In this document: piece after piece, positions 28,902 through 44,708 of the stretch
How the letters are laid out: each line of letters begins with the position of its first letter
Position numbering within the stretch: the first letter of the stretch is position 1
Assembly (NCBI RefSeq): GCF_009914755.1
Contig: NC_060929.1
DNA from: the human T2T-CHM13v2.0 reference genome, Homo sapiens
DNA: 64,000 bases
Direction: 5' to 3' (one strand)
The notes under the pieces: model-generated
Database searches by the model: none
Told to the model about the DNA's origin: nothing
Seen by the model: only the letters and a program-made list of their open reading frames with translations
Program-made: the position numbers and the translations under genes

Positions 28902-29710
28902 AATGGTACCTGAGTGGCCAAAGAAAACAAACTTGGGAATGAGATTTTAAAGCTGTATCATTGACTCTCAGCTGGCCCTGGAGACTTCAAAACTGATGGT
29001 AGGTGGAACACATTTAGCTCCTGGCATAAAATAGAAAATGGTTTAATTGTTAGAACTTTCTGTGGTGGAGAGTTGGAATGATCTATCAATGGAAAGAAAT
29101 GCACTAGTTTGCATGATGTTTCTAGCACTTGAAAATTACAGGAAAATAGTAACTATAAGGACAATGGAATTGGATGACCATTGCTAAGCTCAACTGATGC
29201 TCTAGAGAAAACAACAAAAAGCTAAGACCATTTAATTGACAATTAAAAGCTAAGTGTGAAAGCCAGAGGGTCTCCTTGGTAACATATAAAGCAACAATTC
29301 ATCTTCTACAGTAGAAAGGCAGAGAGAGCCCAACACTTAGTTATGAAATTAGTAGAGCTCCAAAGTGAGTTAAACATCCAGCCAAAACATATCTGGTATG
29401 GTAGGACTTCAAAACTATAGAGGCATGGTGCTAATATATATATCTTTGGACTCAAATATTACAATGAGTGGCAAGGTTGGAGGGGCTGCTACAGGAGCCT
29501 GAGCCACAGAGAGTTTTGGAGATGGCTAATAGAACATGAGATCCCTAGGGGCTAAATAGATGGGCAGCCAACAAGGACATTACAGAATCTGTACTATCAA
29601 ATGAAACCAATGACAAACAATCAGGAGGCTGAGGGCAGGCCACCCAAAAGTCATAATCCCTTGCCCAGCTTCTGGACAGGAGTCAGTTTTTGAATTCAGA
29701 ACCCACTGAA
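28902..29710 (+). mobile_element. ERVL internal sequence (ERV3-16A3-like), leader/gag remnant
   Basis: PBS-like 'tggtacctgagtgg' right after the LTR; decayed ERVL-like 'tggagatggctaatagaacatg...aaatagatgggcagccaacaagg'. Confidence 0.6.
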
Positions 29711-30769
29711 AATCAGTTTTAAAGAAGTCAAGAAAAGGTTTATTCCCAATCCATAGTTATAAAACCACTAGTTGAGGAACATGCTTTTCACTATAATCAG
29801 AGCAGAAAACCATATCCTTTAGTTTTCTTCAAAAGAGCCGTCAGCACATTCTGAGTCACTTTTTTGCCCTTTGGACAGCCCTAAAAGAACATTTCTTTAG
29901 AAAACTGTTCCTGAGATGCAGTCTGGAGGTTTATTTTAGATGTGGCCACCTGTGTGAGGTGCAGGGGTTATTTTAAAAGGAGTTCTTTCATTTGTCTTTG
30001 TGGGAGAGAGGTTACTCCAATCAAAATGACATCACATTCATGGGGCACCTGTGAAACTGTGCAGAGGTTGGCTCAAGACAAAAGAGTTTGTTTCCTTTTT
30101 CTTTCCTATGGTAGTTAACTTGATTTCTTCTTTCCATAAATTCTTTAATTAGTTTAATAAAATACACAGCAAACTGTGAGTGCGCTTTTCTATTACTGCA
30201 TTGGGTCCATTTATATAGTTAAGTTCAACTAACCAAAACATTGCATTTTGTGCAAAAAAAAAAAAAATTAAAGGTTTCAGAGCAGCTAGCAAATGCTTAA
30301 AAGAAGATAAATTTTAAAGCAGTAAAGATTTCTTTGATAATTCTCACGTTCACATTCATTGCTCTTAAATAAAACCTCCTGTGGCATTCTGCAGGCAATG
30401 AAGAAAGCATAATCCCTCTTTATTTTTATTTCTGTAGCATGTGAAATTTTACTACTGAGGGTGTTAAGCTTTTTTTTTTCTTTTCTTTTTTTTTTTTTCA
30501 GATAGAAACAAGAGAAGGGATTTAGTATTAATTATTGCTGTGCCCTAAGGTTAATCAGTCAGCTGGGGACTGCCCCCAAATTAATGCAAGAATATAGCAC
30601 TTTCCAGGAAAGGCTTAATTTTTCTTTTGAGGGGGGATCTCATGCAATAAACAGAAATAGTGCAGGAGGTCAGAATTTCAGATAGATTATGTGGTCAGAT
30701 TCATTACTGACCGTTCAAATGACTTCAGGTTAAGTTTCAGTTATTCTTAAGAGGTAACATTCAATAGCT

Positions 30770-31056
30770 TCCTTCTTCCCTTCATTCTGCCCTTCCTTCT
30801 TCCCTTCCCTTCCCTCTTTCCTCCTTCTCTCTGTCTCTCCCTCCTTCAGTTTCATTCCTTCCTTCCTTCTTTTTTTAGCCAAACTCATAAGAATTAACCT
30901 TTCTTTCTTTCTTTTATTTTCTCTCTTTCTTTCTTTCTTTCCTTCTTTCTTTCTTTCTTTCTTTCTTTCTCTTTATTTCCTTTCTTTCTCTCTCTTTTCC
31001 CTTCTACCTTCCCTTCTTCCCTCCCTTCCTTCCCTTTTTCTTTCTTTCTTTCTTTC

Positions 31057-31122
<66 letters not shown>

Positions 31123-31215
31123 TCTTTCTCTCTCTTCCTTCTTCCTTTCTGCCTTTCTTTCAACTTTCAGTTATTATTAAAATTCAACTTTTTCCTTCCT
31201 TCCTTCCACCTTCTT
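30770..31215. repeat. Polypyrimidine tract with (CTTT)n/(CCTT)n tetranucleotide repeats
   Basis: Direct; explains the spurious K/E/R-rich ORF 30894-31163. Confidence 0.95.
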
Positions 31216-31359
31216 CTGCACCTTTTACTTTGGCAAAGTGTGATTTTGCATATTTGATGCAAGCTCTAAACCATTTCAATTCTATAAGACCATTTTCTAT
31301 GCCAGGTCTCTTAGTGTCTAAAATGTGACTACATAGTGGAGGTAGAGATCAAGATGATG

Positions 31360-31490
31360 AAAAAGGGAGGGAGCAATGAAGAAAGGAGGGGGGGAAGGTA
31401 AGAGAAATCAAGAAAATGAAAGAGAAAGTAGAGAAGAAAAAAAGAGAGAAAAGAAAGAAGAGCAATAAAGGGCAAGGAAAAGGGAATGGT
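31360..31490. repeat. GA-rich low-complexity tract
   Basis: Direct. Confidence 0.8.
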
Positions 31491-31691
31491 GGATTAAGTA
31501 TGCTGCTTGGAGAACAAGTGAATGAGAAAATAGACCTGGTCTTTATTTAAGGTTTGATCTTCTGCAATTGGCTGCTACTTTATGTTCTGAGTCTGATATT
31601 TTGTAAAAGCAGCCTTCTTTGAGGTGGAAAAATCAATCAATTATATAGTCAAGACTAGGATGATGTTGAGAAGATGTATATTAAACAGAAA

Positions 31692-32100
31692 CAGGAATGG
31701 ATTCTGATTTTGTGGACCTAAAGCTTATGCCATTTGGGTGATCCTCTTTGAGAAAAATAATTTAAAATTACTAATTCAAAATTAGATCTAAAAACGAATA
31801 TTTATTTACAGTAAGAAATAGCCAAGTACACAAACTTTCAAAGCTAATACCACGAACGTCACAAACTCCAGAAAATAACATATGTATATTAACTGCCTGA
31901 CACACCTCTATAAGAACTTTTTAATCTACATTTTTGACTACATACATCTAACTGCATCTTCATATGATAACAATTTTGTATAGCGAGAACAGAAAGATGT
32001 CTCAGGTTCTAGCATGGTTAATTGAATTTTTTTTAAATTTACCATTTATAGTTTAGAAAGGTTTCTTTCTGTCTTACAAATTGTCACTGGTGATAGCACA
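31692..32100. mobile_element. hAT-Tip100-like DNA transposon fragment (Arthur1/MER53-related)
   Basis: 'caggaatggattctgattttgtggacctaaagcttatgccatttgggtgatcctcttt...aactgcctgacacacctcta'. Confidence 0.55.
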
Positions 32101-32104
32101 AAAA

Positions 32105-32517
32105 AATTTTAAAGTTAAAATACAGTTTACATATAGTGAAATGCACAGATATTGTGTGTATACTTATATGAGTGTTGAGAACGGCATGAACTGATGTAAC
32201 CTCTATCTCTGTCAAGATATAAAATGTTTCCAACACTCTACAAAGATCTTTTATGTTCTCTTCCCAGTCAACCCCAAGACATTCCCCCTGAAAAGTCAAC
32301 CAGTATTTTGTTTCACCATAGATTATTTTTGCTGCTTTTAGACCTTCTTGTAAATGGAGTCATAGAGTATACATATTCTTATGTGTCTGGACTCTTACTC
32401 AGCAGAATGCTTCTGAGGTTTATCTATGTTATTGCATGTATCAGTAATTCATTTCTTTTCATTGTTGTCTATTATTTCATTGCATAGATATACCATCATT
32501 TGTTTATCCGTTTTCTT
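32105..32517 (-). mobile_element. Old L1M (MB/ME-type) 3' end, target of the young L1PA
   Basis: 'tttacatatagtgaaatgcacagat...gtaaatggagtcatagagtat...ttcatttcttttcattgttg'; continues after 36532. Confidence 0.7.
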
Positions 32518-36534
<4,017 letters not shown>

Positions 36535-36586
36535 TTATCCGTTTTCTTGCTGATGATTATTTGGGCTGTTTTCTTGTTTTTAGTAT

Positions 36587-37105
36587 TGTTACAGTTACTA
36601 TGTATGGCTGCATAAAAGTGATTTAAAATATCATTTATGTTGCTCATGAATCCGCAACTGGGGCAGGGCTTAGTGGGGATGGCTTATCTCTGCTCCATTC
36701 AGCATTGGCTGGAATGTCTCCAAGTCTCGGACTTGGAGTCTTCTGAAGGCTCACACATTCATATGTCTGTTGGTTGATGCTTTCAGTTAGCTGAGACTTT
36801 GGCTGGAGTTGTTGGCCAGGCAATTCAAACAACCTCTTTAAGTGGCTTTGGTTCCCTACAGCACAGTGGCTGGGTTTCAAGTGCTAATATCCCAAAAAAG
36901 AAAGACAGCCAATCACAAGCCATTCTGCCTTCTGTGACCTCTCCTCAGAAGTCACAGCAGCACTTCCAGCATTTCCAGAGCATTTTCTTTGTCAAAGTGG
37001 TCATAGAGTCCTGCCCAGGATCAAGGAAAGGAGAAATAGACTTTACTTCTTAGTGGGAATGGAAGTTATAGAGGTGTGGCTATTTAAGCAATACATAATC
37101 TGTCT
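36587..37105 (-). mobile_element. MLT1G/H-type MaLR LTR
   Basis: 'gggcagggcttagtggggatggcttatctctgctcca...tgacctctcctcagaagtcacagcagcacttcc'. Confidence 0.7.
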
Positions 37106-37210
37106 TAGCTATGATAAGCAAAGATGCCCTTCCTGAACATTTTTGTATGGGTCTCTGACAGTAACAAAAGTAGCTTATATTTTCTTTAATATAATTACTT
37201 ATTTGCTAAG

Positions 37211-38415
37211 TGTGATGGTTTATTTTATATGTCAGTTTGACAGCACCACAGGGTGCCTTGATTTAATTTTGCTTGTGGTGTGTCTATAGGATTGTTTCCA
37301 AATGAATTTAACATTTGAATCAATGGACTCAATAAAGTAGATTGCCCTCCTCAATGTGGCTGAGCATCACTCAATCCTTGAGGACCTGAATAGAACAAAA
37401 GGCAGAGTAAGGAGTAATTCACTGCTTAATTTCCTGCCTCACTGCTTGAGCTGGAACATCTTATCTCATGTTCTCCAGCTCATGGCCTGGGATTTACAGC
37501 ATCAGCTCCTTTGGTCCTCAGGTCTTCAGACTCAGACTGAATTACATCACTGGCTTCTCTGGGTCTCCAGCTTGCAATTGGTAGATAGTGGGACTCAGCC
37601 TCCATCATCATGAAACTACCTTTGAAAAGATTATGACAGTGAGAGAAATCTAACATGGCTGGCTGTCCTCACTCATTCCTGGGAGTAGGCCAGGCTAACC
37701 ATGGGAGGAATTTAGTTTATAGTTTAAAGCAAGGTTAATAAGAGCCCTTCCCAAAACTAAACTGCCTTTGTAAAACTAATGAAAGTACACAAGTTTAGGA
37801 TTATGAGAGACACCTGAATTCTGCTAAGATATAGGCACAGTTAAACAATGACCAGTCATTGTTCCAGAGGTTATAAGATTTGTGACTTCTCCAATTGTTC
37901 ATATAGATAGTATCACTATTGTAGAACCTAAGATTGGTCTTTTGAGATGTTTTTCAATCTTTTGCATTCTGGTAATTGACTAACCCCACCAGGGCACATG
38001 ATGGTGGCCCCCTACTCAGAGGCAGACTCAGTGCACAAAGACCGTTTTCCACACCCCTGTGATTACATCCCCAACCAATCAGTAGCACCTATTTCCTAGT
38101 CCCCGTGCCACCAAACTATCCTTGAAAAACCCGAACCTCTGAGCCTTCAGGGAGCCTGATTTGAGTGATAACTCCAATTTTCCCATGTGGCCAGCCTTGT
38201 GTTAATTAAACTCTTTCTTTACTGCAATACTGTGTTCTTAGTGAACTGATTTTGTCTGTACAGCTGGCAGGAAGGCCCTGTCAGGTTACTACAATCACAT
38301 CAGCCAGTTTCTTAGAACAAATATCTCTCTCTGGTGCATCTCTTCCGCCATATACACATGTATACATATATGTGTGTGTATGTGTGTGTTTCTCCTGCTG
38401 GTTCTGATTAATACA
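37211..38415 (+). mobile_element. MLT2-type ERVL LTR split by LTR8
   Basis: 'tgtgatggtttattttatatgtcag...gattgccctcctcaatgtgg...gaatagaacaaaaggc'; resumes at 38294 and ends '...tgattaataca'. Confidence 0.8.
37611..38293 (+). mobile_element. LTR8/LTR8A ERV1 solo LTR
   Basis: 'tgaaactacctttgaaaagattatgacagtgagagaaatctaacatggc'...'taca'; 4-bp TSD atca. Confidence 0.85.
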
Positions 38416-38474
38416 GGAAGTAATTGATTTCTCTGTGTGTAACCTGTCTTCTACTGCTGCTGCTCCTCCCACCC

Positions 38475-38700
38475 TCCATCACCCTTCTCACCCTGCTGGG
38501 GCTCCAACCCCTCACAGTTGGCAATCCTCTTGTGTGGACACCTTTTCATCTCTCCCAGCCTCTGGTTCTCTGTGCCTGGTCCCACTCCCACATGGATGTC
38601 CTTCTACCCTACTTGTGCTGTGACACCCTTACTAGGCCACTTCTCCCCTGGGATGCCCTCTTTTTCCTGCTTGGGCTCTGACACTCTACACTGGACTACA
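38475..38700. repeat. Degenerate ~57-bp tandem repeat, possibly from an ancient L4/RTE-type element
   Basis: Recurring 'tgga[c/t]..cc.t.....cc.(t)gc..gggct.tgaca' at ~57-bp spacing. Confidence 0.4.
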
Positions 38701-38998
38701 CCAAGTTAAGACAATGGTCTTTACTGATTGCCATTAACATATCTTACTTTTGTGAATGGAATATGTGTGACTATATGAACAAATTTCTAGATTTCTCTCA
38801 GGGCCCTGAAAGGGGCCATGCAAGTGAATGACCCTTTCATCATAGAGTTATCTTTAGTCTTATTAATACTCCTTCCTGCCATAAACATTGTTAAAGAAGA
38901 AATGGTTGTGGCTCATACCTTCCGCTTCTCACATTACTTCTATGACATATTCATTTTGTGGTGCTTGATTCTGCACATACTTAGACCATTTATATATA

Positions 38999-39331
38999 CA
39001 GTTGTCCATCAGTATCCATGGATCATTGGTTCCAGGACCTTCCTTGGATACCCGAATCCACAGATGCTTAAGTCCCTGATATAAAATGGTGTAGTGTTTG
39101 CATATAACCTATGCACATCCTCCCATATACATTAAATCATTTCTGGATTACTTACAATACCTAATATAAATGTTATGTAAATAGTTGTTATATTGTAACA
39201 TTTAGGGAATAATGACAAGAAAAAAACATCTATACCTGTTCAGTACAGACACAATTTTTTTTCCAAATATTTTCCTCCTATGGTTGGCTGTGTCCACAGA
39301 TGTGGAACCCGTGAATATGAGGGGCTGACTG
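38999..39331. mobile_element. MER2 (TcMar-Tigger MITE)
   Basis: TIRs 'cagttgtccatcagtatccatgg' and 'ccgtgaatatgaggggctgactg'; TA on the left. Confidence 0.9.
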
Positions 39332-39629
39332 TGTCTGGCACTGCCTCAGAATGTCCTGTCATCTTGGATAGAAAACAACCCTGTTTCTAAAGTTTTTCCA
39401 GTTTACCATTTGAATATTTTACTTGACTTTTAACCATATTGTGAGTTAATTCAACATTTATTAAATACAAGGGCATTTTACTCCTGTGCTGATGCTATAG
39501 GGAATCACAAAGAAATAGATGGTCTGGGCTTTGAGTCACCTGTAGTCTTGTTAGAAAGTCAAGAATATTATTAACAGAAGCCTCTAAGGAAATAAGCCAA
39601 TAGCCTAGAGGAAATATATTACCTTACAC

Positions 39630-40125
39630 ATATACATCAGGGTTCTGACAATGTCCTAAAAAAGAGATTTAACTAAAGAGAATTTCATAGAGAATTTCAC
39701 ATAGAGCTTTTATTTTTTTCCCCCAGAGATATACACAGACAATATACACAGACACACAATATATTTGGCTACTTGAGTCTAGCTCCACATGAAGTCAACA
39801 CCAACTCCAAGCCTGAGGGGCATGAAAAGGAGGGAGTGTGACTAGAGCCTGGTGGCTGCATTGTGGACAAAGGCTGCCCAGCAGGAACTGCAGTCTTAGT
39901 TGGGGGTGCAGTCCCTGAAAGGATCACAGTGTCAAAGTCGAAAGAGACTCAGGGAAGAAATACCCTGGCACCTTTCTCTACTCACTGTCAGATATCCCAG
40001 AAGCCAGAAGGCAAGGGAGCCTGGGTGTGCAGTCCTTGTGGTCAGCCACCTCCACTCCCTGTACATAACAGTGCAGAAAATGTAGAGCATGGCTGTTGGG
40101 GGTGGGTGGAGAAGAACCAGCATTT
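39630..40125 (-). mobile_element. LTR33-like ERVL LTR
   Basis: 'cccagaagccagaaggcaagggagcctgggtgtgcagtcc' and 'cagggaagaaataccctg'. Confidence 0.5.
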
Positions 40126-40150
40126 CATGTTTCCTCATTTCTTTTTACCC

Positions 40151-40648
40151 TGTATATGAGTATTATAGTCCTGCAGTTACAAATTGTCACAAATGTAGTG
40201 GCTTAGAAAAACATAAACTTATTACCTTACAGTTCTTGAGGTCAGAAGTCTAAAATGGGTCTCACATGACTAAAATCATAGCAGGGCTCTGTTCCTTCTG
40301 GAGACCCTAGGGGAAATCTGTTTTTATGTGTTTTTCAGCTTCTAGACACTGCCTTTGCCCCTTGATTCATGGCCCTATTCCTCCATCTTCAAAGCTGGCA
40401 ACAGGCTGAGTCCTCACATTGCCATATCTCTGGTTCTCCCTCTTTCGTCTCCCTCTTCCACTTATAAGGACCCCTGGGATTACATTGGGTCCACTTGGAT
40501 AACTCAGAATACAAGGTCATTGGATTAACAACCTTAATTCCATCTGCAGCCTTCAGTCCCTCTATGCCATGCAACCTCACATACTCACAGGTTCTGGGGA
40601 TCAGGGTGTGGACGCATCTGGGGGGATTGTTATTCTCCCTTCCTCACA
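40151..40648 (-). mobile_element. MLT1C-type MaLR LTR
   Basis: 'ttacagttcttgaggtcagaagtctaaaatgggtctcac...taaggacccctgggattacattggg...cacaggttctggggatcagggtgtggac'. Confidence 0.85.
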
Positions 40649-41694
40649 CTATTAGTTCAAAGAAATTTCCTAGGAATATTGTGACTCTGCTTTTGCCTCA
40701 CAGTCTTGCAGGTAAGGCAATGATCAAGGGCCCAACTAACTACACTTTGAGGATTGTCACATACCTCCTCTCCTGGTGTTTGTTATTAAATGAAACATAA
40801 AGGTGTCACTAGTGGGGTGAGGAGAGTCATAGATCTGCAGGAGTTCCATTTGAACACAGTGTTGAATTAGAGAATTTATCGGCTGTTCCTTCAATTGGCA
40901 CTCTGTGATGTTTCAGGTTCTGGCCTTAGGAAAAGATCACATGATAAGGCAATCCTCTTCAACAGGCATTCAGTCAAGTCTCTGAGGGAAGACCAGCCTA
41001 TATAGTGAGTTATGTGTCTTTCCAGCCTGAGGGAAGGAAATCTGCCCTAACTTCTTCATATTTGTACTTTCAGGACTTAAAACTTCTTTACAAGTTACAG
41101 ATTCATTTGAGGACTAAAGAAAATGCCCATTTTGCCCTGAGGGAGACTGGAGAGGCTGGTGGTAGCCTTTCTCTATATTCCTAACTGACGGTCCCTAAGC
41201 TGTCCAGGCTCCCTTAGGGCAACTGACTGCTTCAGATTGAAGCTCGACTAACTGGTGCATGCGTAACATCACACTGTGTATGTTAAAGTCTTCAAAACTT
41301 TATGACAGGCACCATAAAAATCAGCAGTGAAACTTTTAAAGCCCACTAAGGAAAACTGCAGAGCTGACTTTTTTTGTTGATCAAGAAAAATAATTTGTGG
41401 CCTATGAAGTCGAATTTTCCTGGCTAGTGTAGGTCTCCCATACTATAAATATGATATAGATTAAATGGAAACTGATTAGTATTTGCTGAATTATAGTATT
41501 AGGTAGTATAACCTTTTCTTCAGGTATAGCTTCAATGGAGGAATTACCCTGAGCCTTTGATTAGATGGGCGTTGGGAATTTTAAGAGGGCCCTGTAAAGA
41601 GTATCCTTTGAACAAACTGAGATTAAAGATAAAAGAGGAAGGCAAATGGAAGGTTAACTAGTATATCAAGTGTAACTCCTTTAGCGCATGTGAT

Positions 41695-41975
41695 ACATGG
41701 AATAGTGGTTAGAGCCTGGACTCTAGGACCACACGGACTACATTTGAATCTCAGGCATGCTGCTTCCCGGCTGTGTCATCTTAGGGAAAATTACTTCCAC
41801 TCTCTGTGTTTCATTTTCTTCAATGTAAAATGAGGGTCACAAGAGTATGTCTACAACTGATCGCTGTAAGGATTAAATACATTTATATGTAAAGCACTTA
41901 AAGTTCCAAGAGGAGAAAAAAATGCCTGGTGTGTAGTAAGCAGTATGTATTAGCTATTATTGTTATTATTATTAT
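41695..41975 (+). mobile_element. MIR SINE
   Basis: 'agtggttagagcctggactc...ctgtgtcatcttagg...tgtaaaatgagg...aaagcactta'. Confidence 0.8.
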
Positions 41976-42439
41976 TTCAAAGGGTAGATTGGAGGATATG
42001 GTTCTCTTGGTAGGAAAGTAATCCTACTATTACTGAATCCCAGAATTAATGAGATTAAACATCCTCTATCCCCCAGTGGAGTCATGGCAGTCCTGGACCA
42101 GGCTGGCCTTGACTGAGGAAGGCCTACTCGGGTGAAACTTGCAGCAGAGAGGCTGGGAAATTCCCCCCACTGCAGGAAGCTTGCTCTCAAGAGAACAAAA
42201 GAAAGTAGCTAAACTGAGCATGCTCTGTTTATTCTTCTCAAATTTACAGATAAGATGAGTTAGTCTATGTCCTCTGAGATGAAGTGAAAAAAGACAGGGC
42301 GGCCAGGAGTATTTGGAAAATACCTCCCCTCATAGAAGAAGAGAAAAAATGTTCCTCATGGCAGTTAATTTTTTCCATAGGATACTGCAAGTTTCCTTTT
42401 AATTTGAATTAATAAAAAACCAATTTTATCATAAGTGTA

Positions 42440-42820
42440 ACATGGATTTTTGAACTTGCAACTGAAAAGAATTGGAGTAGCAGGCTTCAGGCTTAGAAGG
42501 CGCAGATATTTAAACATTTTGAAAAAACTCCGTTTCTTTCTTATTCTTGCTTGTCTTGTTCATGTTCATTTTCTCCTCTTGCCAGCAAATTTTTTTCACA
42601 AGGCAAGGAAGAAGGTCTTTTAACTCTGTGACACAAAAGTCAAGACCCCTTCAACCTGGAAAACCCTGAGCAGATTCTCTGATTGGTCAACTTGTCACAT
42701 GCCTGCCTCTGAACCAATTCTTTGGCCAGGAGAATGGTCCGGCTGTGTCACCTAACCATCTCCCTGTGGTCAGAGAATAGTGTTTTGTGATTGGCAGCTC
42801 CACAAGAATCATGCTAAACT
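42440..42820 (-). mobile_element. MLT1J/K-type LTR fragment
   Basis: 'ctctgattggtcaacttgtcacatgcctgcctctgaaccaat...tgtgattggcagctcc'. Confidence 0.55.
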
Positions 42821-43243
42821 TGGGAACCTTTCAGCTATTTCCGAGGTTCCTGGGAGAGTCCCATGTCTTCCCCCCTCTGCTTGCATTGTACCTGGTGCAA
42901 TATTGAATTAAGGAGTGAATAAATGAATGAGTGAATATTACTTGGCCATCTCTGACTCTATCAATAGTTTTTATATTTTAGGCTATTTGCTATCTATTTT
43001 CCTAATCTCTAAAATGTATTTTAAAATCTACTTTTCTGGATCTTTAATAAATAATTATAATTATAGCCTTCGGTGGGGATTTGTGGAAATAAAGAATATG
43101 CTTTCTAATATGTCTTTCAGCAATCAATTAATCATTAGGAACATCTCTGAGTTCCTGGAAATCTCTTAAATCAAGGGAGCCATTTGGCCAGATAAAGAGT
43201 GAGAAGAGGCCAATGTAGTTCAATGTATTTCAGAAACAATTGA

Positions 43244-43298
43244 TTTTTTTTTTGAGAGTCTCACTCTGCCACCCAGGCTGGAGTGCAGTGGTGTGATT
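43244..43298 (-). mobile_element. Very short 5'-truncated Alu (~45 nt plus tail)
   Basis: 'tttgagagtctcactctgccacccaggctggagtgcagtggtgtgat'; degenerate TSD aaacaa(tt/ca)gattttt. Confidence 0.85.
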
Positions 43299-44197
43299 AC
43301 AAACAACAGATTTTTAAAACTTATTTATATTTGAGTCTCACCAGCTTCCCATGTACTCTTTGTCCAAATACAGTTTTGTGCCATAAGATAAAATAATGTT
43401 CAACCTATTATTTGATAAGCAATAGACTATAATGCTTAACTTAAATCCTCCCTTGCAAATGGAAAGATTTTTTTCACTCTCTGATTTGGATGTAAGAACA
43501 GAGCCAGAAATTAAGAATGGCAGGGCAGGTGGTTTACTTGGGAACACAATCCTAGGGAGCAGGAATGCAAGGAAGGAAGTGAAATAACACAGGAGAAAAT
43601 TTTGGCCACTGTTACAGGTGACTCTTCCTTCTGGGGACACTTATGAAATGTGTCTGGGAGCGCATTCTCCACTGGCCAAGGCTGGCTCCAAGGGCATTAA
43701 TTTTTCTCTCATTCCTTATGTGTACACATGTGAGTTCCAAGTATGTTTTTCTGAGTAGCCCGCCCTGGGATGCCACAGAAATTCCAGATAGGAGGAAGAG
43801 GTATGCCATGCAGGCCCAAGCAGAGGCTCTGTTCTCTTGTCCTTGTTGAATCTGGCCAGACTGTGCTGCCCTAGTTGCCATAGCAGCAGCTGGAATAAGA
43901 GATGGAGCGGATCAGGAGGACTTGGAAGTGGAGCACAAGAGGTGTGTGATGTGCTGATGCCTTCGGCTGTACATTTCTCTAATGAATTTATTTAAAGTCA
44001 GCAGCCTGCCTCCTGACATCGTTAACAATCTCCCTCACGTTCTCACCCACAACTAGTGTATTAGCCAGGGAGTATAGTCTTAGGCAGGGGCTATGCATGG
44101 ATCTGTTCTCAGAACTTCTTCGTAGGCTCTTCCCTGAAGTTCCCAGAATCTACTAACAGTTACTAATTTGCTCTTGTCTCTTCTAGTCTGTAGTAGT

Positions 44198-44570
44198 TGT
44201 GATGATTGATTTTATGTGTCAACTTATCTGGGCCTCAGTGACCAGATATCTTGTCAAATATTATTCTGGATGTTTCGAGAGCATTTTTGGATGAGATTTG
44301 CATTTCAATTTGTGGGCTTTGAGTAAAGCAGATTGCTGTCCATGATGTGGATGGGCCTCATTCTATTAGCTGAAGGTCTGAATAAATAAAAGGCTAACCT
44401 CCTTTACCGCTTCCAAAGAAAGAGGGAATTCCCTGGAAGACTGCCTTTGGACTCAAATTGCAACTGTTTCCTAAGTCTCTAGTGTTTTGGGCTGCCCATC
44501 AGATTTTGGACTCACCAAGCCTCCACAATTTCAAGTGCCAACACCTTAAAATCAGAGTCTATCTATCTGA
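44198..44570 (+). mobile_element. MLT2D-like ERVL LTR
   Basis: 'tgtgatgattgattttatgtgtcaactt...gagtaaagcagattgc...cagattttggactcaccaagcctccacaat'. Confidence 0.8.
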
Positions 44571-44609
44571 AAGCTTTGTAGTTCATTTGGAGAATGATTT
44601 GCCATATTT

Positions 44610-44621
44610 GCACACACACAC

Positions 44622-44662
<41 letters not shown>

Positions 44663-44706
44663 GAGAGAGAGAGAGAGGGAGAGAGAGAGAGAAACAAATA
44701 TATATA
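44610..44706. repeat. (CA)(TA)(TG)(GA) compound microsatellite
   Basis: Direct. Confidence 0.95.
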
Positions 44707-44708
44707 TT

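Noticed and set aside
30894-31163. K/E/R-rich 89-aa ORF
   Set aside because: Translation of a (GAAA)n microsatellite
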